Below the pieces are notes generated by a model, which saw nothing but the letters and a program-made list of their open reading frames with translations, was not told where the DNA came from and did no database searches. From positions 1 to 47,080 of the IMG/VR virus record IMGVR_UViG_3300027672_000021: a stretch of DNA of 47,080 bases, one strand, 5' to 3'. This document shows, piece by piece, positions 30,209 to 38,234 of the stretch; position 1 is the stretch's first letter; each line of letters starts with the position of its first letter. A program made the position numbers and the translations under genes. This DNA is from a virus (taxonomy: Duplodnaviria; Caudoviricetes).

Positions 30209-31930
30209 TCATCCATCACAACTCAAGCAGTCGGGATCCATTGCATCGGCAGCGATGTCACCTCTAAGTACAGACTCTGTACGTACATAGTACAACGTCT
30301 TGATACCTTTCTTCCATGCTTCATAGTGAACAGTGTTAATCCATTTAGGTGTTGCCTGTGAAGGAAACGCTAAGTTTAAACTAACAGACTGGTCAATATA
30401 TTGCTGTCGTATGCCTGCTTGATTGACTAACTCTAATTGATTAATCTCCTTAAATGTCTTATAGACATCCTTAATAGGTGTATTCCAATCCCCTACTAAT
30501 ATATCATCCAATTCATCTATACCTTGAACTGAGCCACCATCTTTAAATATCCTACTCCAGATAGACTCATTGTTTAAACCAACGTGTATTAACGCTTGTT
30601 CTAAGCTCTTATTTCGCCTTATAAATGTTCCTTTAGCAGATTGGTCAGTGAACACGTTTGCGGCCCAAGGCTCAATCCCTGGGGATATGTCACCAGACAG
30701 TTTAGAGTTTGATACTGTAGGAGCAATTGCTCTTAGGTGAGTGTTACGCATTCCTGTACCGACACACCATAATGGCTCACCATATATTTCAGCTAGTGCC
30801 ATAGATGCTCTTTCGCTTTCAATCTTAATCTGAGAGAATATCTTACGAGTTTCGAACTGTGCAAGTAAACCTTCAAACGCAATACCTTTTTCCTGAAGGT
30901 AAGTATGCCATCCTAGTACACCTATGCCAACTGCCCTGCCTTTTTGAGCTGAACGTACTGCATTCTCAAATCCTCTAAGACCTTTAGCCCTTTGAATAAA
31001 CTCTTCCATAACGCCATCTAAAAAGAAAGTAGCATCGTGAATTAAGTTTGTGTCCTTCCACTCTTCATATTTTGCTAAATTTAATGAAGATAAACAACAA
31101 ACAAAGCTATGGTTCTCATCGGTATGTAGAGTTATCTCTGAGCATATGTTAGTCATATGAACCTTCAAGCCGTTCTCCTTATATGCAGGCGGGTTTGTTT
31201 TATTAATATTACCCTTGAACATAATATAAGGCTCTCCAGTAGCCTTACGCTTCCTGAGAAGGTTAGACCACTTTCTTCTAGACTCTGGATCACCTTGCTC
31301 TAGCTTACGCATAAACTTATCCCCAACTACAGCACACTGGTGCAAATTAAGTGACTGTCTATTAACGTCTCCCTTTGGTTCTCTTATATCAAGCCAATCC
31401 TCAAAATCATTATGCTCGATATTAATATTAACTGAAGCAGCACCTCGTCTTACTGAGCCTTGATTCGTAGCAAGAATAGTTGAATCATATATCTTACAGA
31501 ATGGAACAACGCCATCCGAGGTTCCGTTGCCAGTAATCTTAGTTCCAGCAGGTCTTATCTGATTGATACCAATACCTACGCCACCACCATGCTTTGCAAG
31601 CAGCATCATCTCAAGATTCTTCTGACCTATATCTTGAATTGAATCAGCAACATCAATACCAAAGCAGCTAATAGGAAGACCCCTGTCAGTACCGACATTT
31701 GAAAGAACAGGACTAGCAAGACATAGCCAGCCTTTCCAGATATACTCAAAAAAAGTTTCAGCCATCTCTGGCTTATATAATCTCCTTGCAATTGTCTTAG
31801 CCACTCTAGAGTATGCTTCCGCTGGCGTTTCCCCATCAAATAAATAGCCGCCTGATATGGTGTTCTTATAAACATCCGTGTCACCCCATTCAGGGTAATC
31901 TTTTCCTTTAATCCAGTTTTCATTCCACAT
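30209..31930 (-). CDS. nrdA: Ribonucleotide reductase class I alpha subunit (no ATP cone)
   Basis: ISCF, GGGVG, TNICSEI (NxCxE), IAPTVSNS, IDQSVSLN, KTLYY and a C-terminal CLSC. Confidence 0.93.
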   Translation of the reverse strand: MWNENWIKGKDYPEWGDTDVYKNTISGGYLFDGETPAEAYSRVAKTIARRLYKPEMAETFFEYIWKGWLCLASPVLSNVGTDRGLPISCFGIDVADSIQDIGQKNLEMMLLAKHGGGVGIGINQIRPAGTKITGNGTSDGVVPFCKIYDSTILATNQGSVRRGAASVNINIEHNDFEDWLDIREPKGDVNRQSLNLHQCAVVGDKFMRKLEQGDPESRRKWSNLLRKRKATGEPYIMFKGNINKTNPPAYKENGLKVHMTNICSEITLHTDENHSFVCCLSSLNLAKYEEWKDTNLIHDATFFLDGVMEEFIQRAKGLRGFENAVRSAQKGRAVGIGVLGWHTYLQEKGIAFEGLLAQFETRKIFSQIKIESERASMALAEIYGEPLWCVGTGMRNTHLRAIAPTVSNSKLSGDISPGIEPWAANVFTDQSAKGTFIRRNKSLEQALIHVGLNNESIWSRIFKDGGSVQGIDELDDILVGDWNTPIKDVYKTFKEINQLELVNQAGIRQQYIDQSVSLNLAFPSQATPKWINTVHYEAWKKGIKTLYYVRTESVLRGDIAADAMDPDCLSCDG

Positions 31931-32148
31931 TATATATCTAGTTTAGTTTCTTCATCCTTAATAGATTCTTTAGCAAGCCTTTTTTTAAGCTTTTCAATTG
32001 CATCATCATAGTCAGGCATTAGCTTCATAGTCTCTATAGTTCCTATAGAAAAATCTTTAATACTATTAATTTCATTCATTAGACCTTGAACTACTCTAGT
32101 TAAGGAATCAATCTTCTTCTGCATTTCAATTAGTGTACTCTCTTTCAT
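31930..32148 (-). CDS. Hypothetical coiled-coil protein
   Basis: Probable start ATG 32148 (MKESTLIEMQKK); stop coupled to the nrdA ATG. Confidence 0.7.
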   Translation of the reverse strand: MKESTLIEMQKKIDSLTRVVQGLMNEINSIKDFSIGTIETMKLMPDYDDAIEKLKKRLAKESIKDEETKLDI

Positions 32149-32177
32149 TTTATTTAATTTAATTAAGTTTTTATTAA

Positions 32178-32208
32178 TGCACAATAAATTAGTTAACTAT
32201 ATTGTGCA
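32178..32208 (-). repeat. Short inverted repeat, possible minimal or degenerate attC-like site
   Basis: TGCACAATA...TATTGTGCA (9-bp perfect arms) immediately after the stop of the 53-aa ORF. Confidence 0.5.
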
Positions 32209-32209
32209 A

Positions 32210-32371
32210 TTACCCGATATACTTCCCGAATAGTTCAATTCCTTTGGCGTGTTTACTAATAGCGATATGCATTGTAAAAAACGGCAGGTTTATATCTACC
32301 GAGTACTCATCAACTTTTATCATTAATCCAATTTGCCAATGTGCGTAAATAGAAAATCTATACTGTCCCAT
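32210..32371 (-). CDS. 53-aa cassette-like ORF (MGQYRFSIYAHWQIG...), not in the ORF track
   Basis: Translated by hand; AT-rich initiation region; bounded by hairpins on both sides. Confidence 0.6.
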   Translation of the reverse strand: MGQYRFSIYAHWQIGLMIKVDEYSVDINLPFFTMHIAISKHAKGIELFGKYIG

Positions 32372-32404
32372 AATTATTGTTATTAGTTATTATTTAAAAA
32401 AAGT

Positions 32405-32464
32405 GCCTAACATAACCTATGTTTCAGCTTAAGAAAGCCGCAAACATAGCCTCATACATTAGCA
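32405..32464 (-). mobile_element. attC-like site A (60 bp)
   Basis: Minus strand reads TGCTAAT...GGCTATGTTT...AAACATAGG..GTTAGGC. It ends in a canonical GTTRRRY core, and the upstream ORF stop lies in the left box. Confidence 0.65.
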
Positions 32465-32707
32465 AACATAGAACGGTTTGCGTTTGCCCTTAGTTTTAGG
32501 CAATTCAAAAGGCTCAACCTTTCTAACAGATCTGAATCCTCTTATACTTTCGTCATTCCTTATTACCTCTCTTGCTGCATCCATCCAAGTTCCCCAATAT
32601 ATAGCCATCCATTCATATTCCTCACTATCCATTCCCCCACTATATTTTTCAGCGTAAATTTTCCAAAATCTACGTTTGCTAACACTGGCTATATTTTCAT
32701 TGCTCAT
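32459..32707 (-). CDS. 82-aa cassette-like ORF with a site-encoded leader MSNENIASVS
   Basis: Start codon lies inside site B and stop codon inside site A. Confidence 0.65.
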   Translation of the reverse strand: MSNENIASVSKRRFWKIYAEKYSGGMDSEEYEWMAIYWGTWMDAAREVIRNDESIRGFRSVRKVEPFELPKTKGKRKPFYVC

Positions 32708-32768
32708 AATATTATCGTTTAATAATTAGCTTCGTATTAGGCAACGAAACATAGCCTTGTCATTGTAA
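32677..32768 (-). mobile_element. attC-like site B (~92 bp)
   Basis: Imperfect hairpin GGCTATGTTTCGTTGC...GCAATGAAAATATAGCC ending in GTTAGCA; near-identical to site C. Confidence 0.65.
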
Positions 32769-32778
32769 AAAATAACTG

Positions 32779-32922
32779 CTACAACATAACAAATTTCCTG
32801 CAATCCTCTAAAGTTCCTTGCTTCCATACAGTATTAGAATCCTTGCCAACTACTTGGTAGGTATCGTTTATTAAATGGTGTATTTCAAATTCTTCTTCTA
32901 ATTCTTTAATTTGTACTTTCAT
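32779..32922 (-). CDS. 47-aa cassette-like ORF (MKVQIKELEEEFEIHH...), not in the ORF track
   Basis: Translated by hand; ends 10 nt before site B. Confidence 0.6.
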   Translation of the reverse strand: MKVQIKELEEEFEIHHLINDTYQVVGKDSNTVWKQGTLEDCRKFVML

Positions 32923-32955
32923 AATCCGTAATTTTTAAAATTCATATTGTTAACG

Positions 32956-33234
32956 TTAACCACCATTTTTAAGAAAGTCAGGTAGCCTCCCATAACATTT
33001 GTCAGAAGTAAGCGGTCTATCTTTATAATGGCTTCGTAATTTTAAAGACATATTTCGTTGGTATTCCACCTGTTTAACAAAGTCTTCGTATTCGGCTTCC
33101 GTAAGTTCTTTTTGATCTTCTTTTCTAACATACGCATTATAGAAATAAACAGGTGAATCTTTACATTTTTGAAGCTCCTCTTGGTTAACTTGAGACAAAC
33201 GTTGGCTAACACTAGCTATATTTTCATTGCCCAT
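32956..33234 (-). CDS. 92-aa cassette-like ORF with a site-encoded leader MGNENIASVS
   Basis: Start codon lies inside site C. 'EELQKCKDSPVYFYNAYV' resembles the N-terminus of T4-type terminases. Confidence 0.65.
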   Translation of the reverse strand: MGNENIASVSQRLSQVNQEELQKCKDSPVYFYNAYVRKEDQKELTEAEYEDFVKQVEYQRNMSLKLRSHYKDRPLTSDKCYGRLPDFLKNGG

Positions 33235-33297
33235 AATATTTATAGTTTAATAATTAGCTTCGTTTTAAGGCAACGAAACATAGCCTAGTCATTAGCT
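33204..33297 (-). mobile_element. attC-like site C (~94 bp)
   Basis: AGCTAAT...GTTAGCC imperfect hairpin; about 7 differences from site B over ~88 nt; overlaps the upstream ORF stop. Confidence 0.65.
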
Positions 33298-33526
33298 ACA
33301 ATAGCTCAACCTCTTTTTTTACTTCTTTCCAATATTTATGATTCAGTCTATCACTATCATAAATATTTGGGTTGTCACTTAATATTTCGTCTACACAAAT
33401 AATAGCAAATGTTTTACCTTGTTCTCTTTGCTCTTTTAGTTCTTTATCTGTCATATCAAATACAGATTTAGTAATGAATTTATTTGCTAATTTGCTTGCT
33501 TTATCTTTTGGTCTCATCCAAGCCAT
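33296..33526 (-). CDS. Hypothetical protein (76 aa)
   Basis: 'PKDKASKL...AIICVDEIL...YWKEVKKE' pattern recalled from small phage ORFs; first ORF of the array. Confidence 0.65.
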   Translation of the reverse strand: MAWMRPKDKASKLANKFITKSVFDMTDKELKEQREQGKTFAIICVDEILSDNPNIYDSDRLNHKYWKEVKKEVELL

Positions 33527-33566
33527 AATTTTCTATAATTTACTAATAATTCAAAATCGCTCACGA

Positions 33567-34535
33567 TTACCAAATATCTTCAAAATCTTCTCCTTCACCC
33601 GCCTTACTATAGTCTGTCGAGCGAATAGCAAAAAAATCAGTATGGGTATGACCACCAGTGAGATGGTAAAACCAATCCAATTTCTTAGCACTTTCTTCAT
33701 CAAAAGAAAAATAACTACCAAGATCTGTGTAACCAATTTCATATAGCTTTTCATTTGTTCTTTTCTTTATAAAGTTTTTTAAATCTACAGAAGACATTCC
33801 CTCAATGTCACCCATCTCGAACATCTTATCAATGTAGTTTAGTTCTAACTCAACCATAGCCTCAGCAGCTTCTATGATATCACTCTTGACTAAAGCTCTT
33901 AGATGAACATCCTCATCACACATCTGGTTAAACAATCGGCAACCCATCTTACTATGCAGCGACTCATCACGCACTGACCATTTCATTTGTTGCCCAATTC
34001 CCTTAAGTAGATTGCGTAGTTGAAAACTATAAAGAACACCAAAAGCACTATATAAACTAACACCTTCAGCAAAAGCTGAAAAGATAGCAAGTGATGTAGC
34101 GATACCAGTACGGCTAGTTCCATCGTAAGCCATAAGGTTATTAAACCTATCAGCCGTAGCAGGCTCATGTAGGAACGCTTCATAGTCTTCTAGTTTTAAT
34201 GTTTCATTTAAGTAGCTGTATGCTACAGCGTGTACCGTTTCTTGGGAGCCGAACATCATAGCCATCTGCTGTATCTCATGCTTTGGAAACCAATGAGTTA
34301 CCTTGTTAGTCCAGTAGTCTGACACAGCGCATTCAGTCTGAGCAAACCCCAATAGTATGTTACCTACTAAATGCTTTTCTTTCTCCGTAAGGTTTTCGTT
34401 CCAATCTTTAACATCTCCTGACATACTAATCTCTGTATGTAGCCAGAATGCTTGCGCTTGTTTTAACCAACCCTCGGTATAATACTCAGGGTATTCAAAT
34501 GGTTTATACGCAATTCTTTTATCAAATAATCCCAT
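33567..34535 (-). CDS. nrdB: Ribonucleotide reductase class I beta subunit
   Basis: QAFW, ETVHAVAY (metal ligands plus radical Tyr), AEGVSLYSAF, RDESLH and DFFA..TDY. Confidence 0.93.
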   Translation of the reverse strand: MGLFDKRIAYKPFEYPEYYTEGWLKQAQAFWLHTEISMSGDVKDWNENLTEKEKHLVGNILLGFAQTECAVSDYWTNKVTHWFPKHEIQQMAMMFGSQETVHAVAYSYLNETLKLEDYEAFLHEPATADRFNNLMAYDGTSRTGIATSLAIFSAFAEGVSLYSAFGVLYSFQLRNLLKGIGQQMKWSVRDESLHSKMGCRLFNQMCDEDVHLRALVKSDIIEAAEAMVELELNYIDKMFEMGDIEGMSSVDLKNFIKKRTNEKLYEIGYTDLGSYFSFDEESAKKLDWFYHLTGGHTHTDFFAIRSTDYSKAGEGEDFEDIW

Positions 34536-34686
34536 AGTCTTTTTGTTTATCTATTAATTCTTTTAGAAGTATTTTACCTCTGTTGTTAAAGCTCCATTTA
34601 CACCACTTGTCAAGTTGACGCTCGGCATATTTTTTACGAGCTACTGATTTTTGTGCTCGAGTATCAACTCGATTGTTCTGTCGCAT
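34522..34686 (-). CDS. Possible 54-aa basic ORF (MRQNNRVD...ARKKYAERQLDKWCKW...)
   Basis: Translated by hand; fills the gap between the endonuclease and nrdB and overlaps both. Confidence 0.45.
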   Translation of the reverse strand: MRQNNRVDTRAQKSVARKKYAERQLDKWCKWSFNNRGKILLKELIDKQKDYGII

Positions 34687-35090
34687 TCCTTTTGATTTTG
34701 CGGTTTATAAAGTATTGTATCAGGGTATGTGTTTGCTATTAAATTCTTAAACAACTTATATCTCATCGGAAAGGATTCATTGGCCCTACCCTTTGTTTCT
34801 ATTATAAAGTTCTCACCTTCAAAGTCTGGGGTATATTTTATACCGAGTATCTTTTTATTACCTCTGTTCTTATAATCACCCTTGCTATTTGCTTGTCGCT
34901 CATAACAGTCTTGATTAAAACTAAACGAAGGTAGTAATTCAAATGATCTTAACTCGTAAGTAAACTTTATCTTAGCCTTCCTAAGAGCTATGTACATATA
35001 CTTCTCTAATCCAGAGGCAAAGGTAATGCCATCATGTGTTACCTTCTTCGCTCTTACTGGGCCTTTCTTTCTTTTAAATTTAGCTCTCAT
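34641..35090 (-). CDS. PD-(D/E)XK endonuclease (T7 endonuclease I / resolvase-like)
   Basis: FASGLE...YTPDF...IIETKG; start probably ATG 35090. Confidence 0.75.
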   Translation of the reverse strand: MRAKFKRKKGPVRAKKVTHDGITFASGLEKYMYIALRKAKIKFTYELRSFELLPSFSFNQDCYERQANSKGDYKNRGNKKILGIKYTPDFEGENFIIETKGRANESFPMRYKLFKNLIANTYPDTILYKPQNQKECDRTIELILEHKNQ

Positions 35091-35184
35091 TATTTCTTCT
35101 TTTGTATTCTTCCCATAAAAAGAATACTGATGTGATTGCAATCAACACCGCCATTCCCATTATACCGCTTATTAATATTCTCAT
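35080..35184 (-). CDS. Possible 34-aa single-TM membrane peptide
   Basis: MRILISGIMGMAVLIAITSVFFLWEEYKRRNNES, translated by hand. Confidence 0.45.
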   Translation of the reverse strand: MRILISGIMGMAVLIAITSVFFLWEEYKRRNNES

Positions 35185-35204
35185 TATTTATTTTTTTATA
35201 GTAA

Positions 35205-35939
35205 TTATAATTCCATAGGCTCTAATATAGGAGTCTTCCCATTATTAAGAACAACCGCACACGATATAAAAGGTTTAGGAAAGTTTTTACCGTAAGCCAT
35301 AGCGTATGAATCTTTGTTTATACCGCACCCCACCTGCATTCCAAATATTTTAAACCTAGATCCAACCACCCACTCAATGTATCCTTGCGTATGTAAGTGT
35401 CCTTGGACTACGCTATGCAACTCTTTCTTCATTTTAGTTCTAGCTGTTCCACCTTCACCATGTATGTATAACACATCGTCTATCGTTATCTCCTCTACAA
35501 AATTCCAATCAGTAGCATTCAATACTTCATTATAACTTCGTATCCATTTCTTTGGAATGCCTCCGCTAAATGCTTTCCTACTTATTATTCTATCGTGATT
35601 TCCTATTAGAACATCTGCTACTGGGAACGCTTTAATCCACTTACCCAGCCTTTTAATAGCATAGTCAAGTTCATCTCCACCACCCATTCCATCGGGGTCT
35701 GTTTCGTGAAAACTTGAATAGTGATTATCGATAACGTCTCCAATAAACACCACCCTATTGCAATTGTACTTACCATAAATCTCCTTGCAGTGCTTAAGGT
35801 ATCCTTCTAGGCAAAATGGTTCGTGTAGATCTCCTATAACAAGAACCCTATCCCCTTTACCATTAAGCCCCTCGATTAAATTATTTAAACCCTTAGTTAA
35901 CCTAGGTCTGTACTGCTTATTTTTTTGAGTATTTTTCAT
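35205..35939 (-). CDS. Calcineurin-like metallophosphoesterase
   Basis: GDLH, GDVID, GNHD, HG and GHLH motifs. Confidence 0.85.
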   Translation of the reverse strand: MKNTQKNKQYRPRLTKGLNNLIEGLNGKGDRVLVIGDLHEPFCLEGYLKHCKEIYGKYNCNRVVFIGDVIDNHYSSFHETDPDGMGGGDELDYAIKRLGKWIKAFPVADVLIGNHDRIISRKAFSGGIPKKWIRSYNEVLNATDWNFVEEITIDDVLYIHGEGGTARTKMKKELHSVVQGHLHTQGYIEWVVGSRFKIFGMQVGCGINKDSYAMAYGKNFPKPFISCAVVLNNGKTPILEPMEL

Positions 35940-36168
35940 AATAGTATTTATAATATTCACTTATTTTTCTCCATATTTCGTTCTTACCATAAGAATCGGG
36001 AGACTTATTTTTTTTACCAGCTATATTTATTTGAATGAACCATTTTCCTGAGTGTTTTAATACAGGGTAAATATAAATATTATTATTTAAACACCACCTA
36101 CTTGCCTTTTGCTCTAAGCTAGTAGGTAAATAAGTACCCATAACCCATTGATTCTTCATATTTCCCAA
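35917..36168 (-). CDS. Hypothetical protein (83 aa)
   Basis: Overlaps both neighbours within the operon. Confidence 0.6.
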   Translation of the reverse strand: MGNMKNQWVMGTYLPTSLEQKASRWCLNNNIYIYPVLKHSGKWFIQINIAGKKNKSPDSYGKNEIWRKISEYYKYYYEKYSKK

Positions 36169-37874
36169 GGCATAACCTCGTTAGATATTTCGTCAGTAAT
36201 AAGAGGAATAAACCGACCAGATTGAGGATCCCAATTAAAGTTAGCCTCAGCCCCATTCTCCCCTAAGTTTTGAAACTTAACCTTAAGAACCTTAGCCTTA
36301 ACTGTCTTGGCCTCATAATCCCTATGAACTAATATACCGTGATAGCTTGCATCATACCATTCACCACCGCCCTTAATGCTATACATCGTTGGTTCCTCTA
36401 GCTTACCATCTTTATCTCTGTACATCTTAGTGGGGTGAGCAACAATAAACACAAGTACATCGTACTTCTTAGCAAAGATTTCTATCTTACTAAGGTATTC
36501 CATAGTGTATCTATTGACATCCTCGGTATTGTTTTCTGTGTCCCTTACCTTGTTGAATGGGTCAATGACTAAGCACTTGATACCCTTACGCTTAACTAAC
36601 TCAGCCCCTTTCTTAAGGATAGACTCTAGAGTATAACGCTCCATATCTATATGGAAGTAATTGCTATCGCAATGCTCTGCTATTTCATTCCACTTGTCCG
36701 TACCTATATCACTCTTGGTAGGCATCTTCCTCCAGGTCTTACGCATTAACTTATGTGCGTGTAGATATGTTGGTGCATTCTCTGGAGAGGCAAAGGCAGT
36801 CTTCCATCCGTAATTCTCGTTGTAACCAACAACCATTTGGTCTACGAAATCTGACTTACCTGAGCTGGGTATGCCCGTAACCGTTATAAACTGGCTTGTA
36901 TACGTGGAGAATATATTGTCAAAATTATCAAGGCCAATCTGAAACCCTTTTTTGAATCCATTTCTAACAAAGTCTGTGATATCATCCTCAATATCTTTAA
37001 ATGTAACTACATTTTCTAAGGGTACTGGGCTTGATTTAGATATTCTTTCTGATAGTTTATCCTTACCATACTTGGTTAGATATTCATTAGCATCCTTGCA
37101 GTCATCAAATGTAGCAAGATAGCAGGTCTCTGCACCTAACCTTCGTATCAATTCCTTCTGAAGAGCTTCACCAGCAGAGTCAGAGTCTACCGCTAATATA
37201 ATTTTATCTTTATCCTCAAGATAATCAATACAATTATCAAGATAGTCTAGGTTGTTTGTGTTGAGTGTTGCCCCGTTAGGCACTGATATAACATTCTTTA
37301 CACCAGCCTCATGAAGCGCAAGCACATCCATTTCACCCTCGACAATAACGCAGTAATCATAACCAACTACGCTATTAATGTTGTAGAAAACTTTCTCAGC
37401 CCCCTTGTAAAGCTTAAAGTTCTTCCTCCCATCACGGTACTTTATATTAACAATGTCCTCACCCATAAAATAGTTGAACTTGATAACGTTCTCTACCTTA
37501 TTAGTCTGAGGCATATACTCTGTCCCTTCGGTAATCTTTAAATCTATAAGAGTCTGAGCTGAAATACTCCTACCTTTAAACCATTGCTCAACCTTAGTAC
37601 CTACGTTTTGAATTGGTGTAGGTTCGGGTTTGCTATAAATCTTATTGCTGTTATCCTTACGTTGGTATGTGTGGAGTTGAAAGCTGGTGTTGCAATTATG
37701 ACAAGTCCCTAAGCCTCTCAGCCAATCGTATGAGGCACAATTAGTCTTCTTGTTCTTCTCCTTCCTATCGGAAGAGCACAAGGGACAAGTCCCCTGCGTC
37801 TTACCTTCTTCTAAGGAATAGATATTAAATTCTTCAATTTGGAAGCCATTGACTTCCGCTGTCTCTATTTGCAT
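36156..37874 (-). CDS. DNA primase-helicase (T7 gp4/Twinkle-like)
   Basis: Zn finger CPLC...CHNC, TOPRIM VEGEMD and DSD, KDANEYL, Walker A GIPSSGKS, LVIDP and VAHP. Confidence 0.92.
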   Translation of the reverse strand: MQIETAEVNGFQIEEFNIYSLEEGKTQGTCPLCSSDRKEKNKKTNCASYDWLRGLGTCHNCNTSFQLHTYQRKDNSNKIYSKPEPTPIQNVGTKVEQWFKGRSISAQTLIDLKITEGTEYMPQTNKVENVIKFNYFMGEDIVNIKYRDGRKNFKLYKGAEKVFYNINSVVGYDYCVIVEGEMDVLALHEAGVKNVISVPNGATLNTNNLDYLDNCIDYLEDKDKIILAVDSDSAGEALQKELIRRLGAETCYLATFDDCKDANEYLTKYGKDKLSERISKSSPVPLENVVTFKDIEDDITDFVRNGFKKGFQIGLDNFDNIFSTYTSQFITVTGIPSSGKSDFVDQMVVGYNENYGWKTAFASPENAPTYLHAHKLMRKTWRKMPTKSDIGTDKWNEIAEHCDSNYFHIDMERYTLESILKKGAELVKRKGIKCLVIDPFNKVRDTENNTEDVNRYTMEYLSKIEIFAKKYDVLVFIVAHPTKMYRDKDGKLEEPTMYSIKGGGEWYDASYHGILVHRDYEAKTVKAKVLKVKFQNLGENGAEANFNWDPQSGRFIPLITDEISNEVMPWEI

Positions 37875-37895
37875 AGGTATGTATTTTTAATTTAA

Positions 37896-38213
37896 TTAAA
37901 ACGGTAGATCATCGACAGGAGCCTTTGCTGCTACGGACGTTGTTCTAGCTGGATTACTGTCTTCTCTAGGTGCTGCTGGGACGTTAGTACCATTTGTCCA
38001 AGCAACCTTTACATTGCCTAAATAAACCTTACTAGCTTTAGCGTCTCGCTCATCTTTAGATTGCTCTACTATAATCGGCCCTTGATTACCATAGTTATCT
38101 AATTCATCGTTCAATGTAATAACGATAGGTAGATACGAACCTTTCTTTCCCTTATAAATCTTATCTTTAGGGATGTCACTTAAATTAATTTTTGCCTTAA
38201 TAATACTCGCCAT
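37896..38213 (-). CDS. Putative single-stranded DNA-binding protein
   Basis: Acidic C-terminal DDLPF tail; adjacent to the helicase and recombination genes. Confidence 0.6.
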   Translation of the reverse strand: MASIIKAKINLSDIPKDKIYKGKKGSYLPIVITLNDELDNYGNQGPIIVEQSKDERDAKASKVYLGNVKVAWTNGTNVPAAPREDSNPARTTSVAAKAPVDDLPF

Positions 38214-38234
38214 AATGTAATTGTTTTTTGTGTA

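Noticed and set aside
32405-33297. Repeats as a CRISPR array
   Set aside because: The repeats are 60-94 bp and unequal, the 'spacers' are 200+ bp ORFs, and no cas genes are present.
32405-33297. Sites A-C as simple rho-independent terminators
   Set aside because: The stems are long, AT-rich and bulged, B and C lack a U-tract on the coding strand, and they contain start codons. A weak terminator role for A cannot be excluded.
31930-33567. Intron, intein or homing endonuclease in the RNR locus
   Set aside because: nrdA and nrdB are both intact and compact, and I saw no HNH, GIY-YIG or LAGLIDADG motifs in the intervening ORFs.
34535-34686. N-terminal extension or frameshift into nrdB
   Set aside because: The upstream open frame is not in frame with nrdB and ends at its own TGA (34522-34524).
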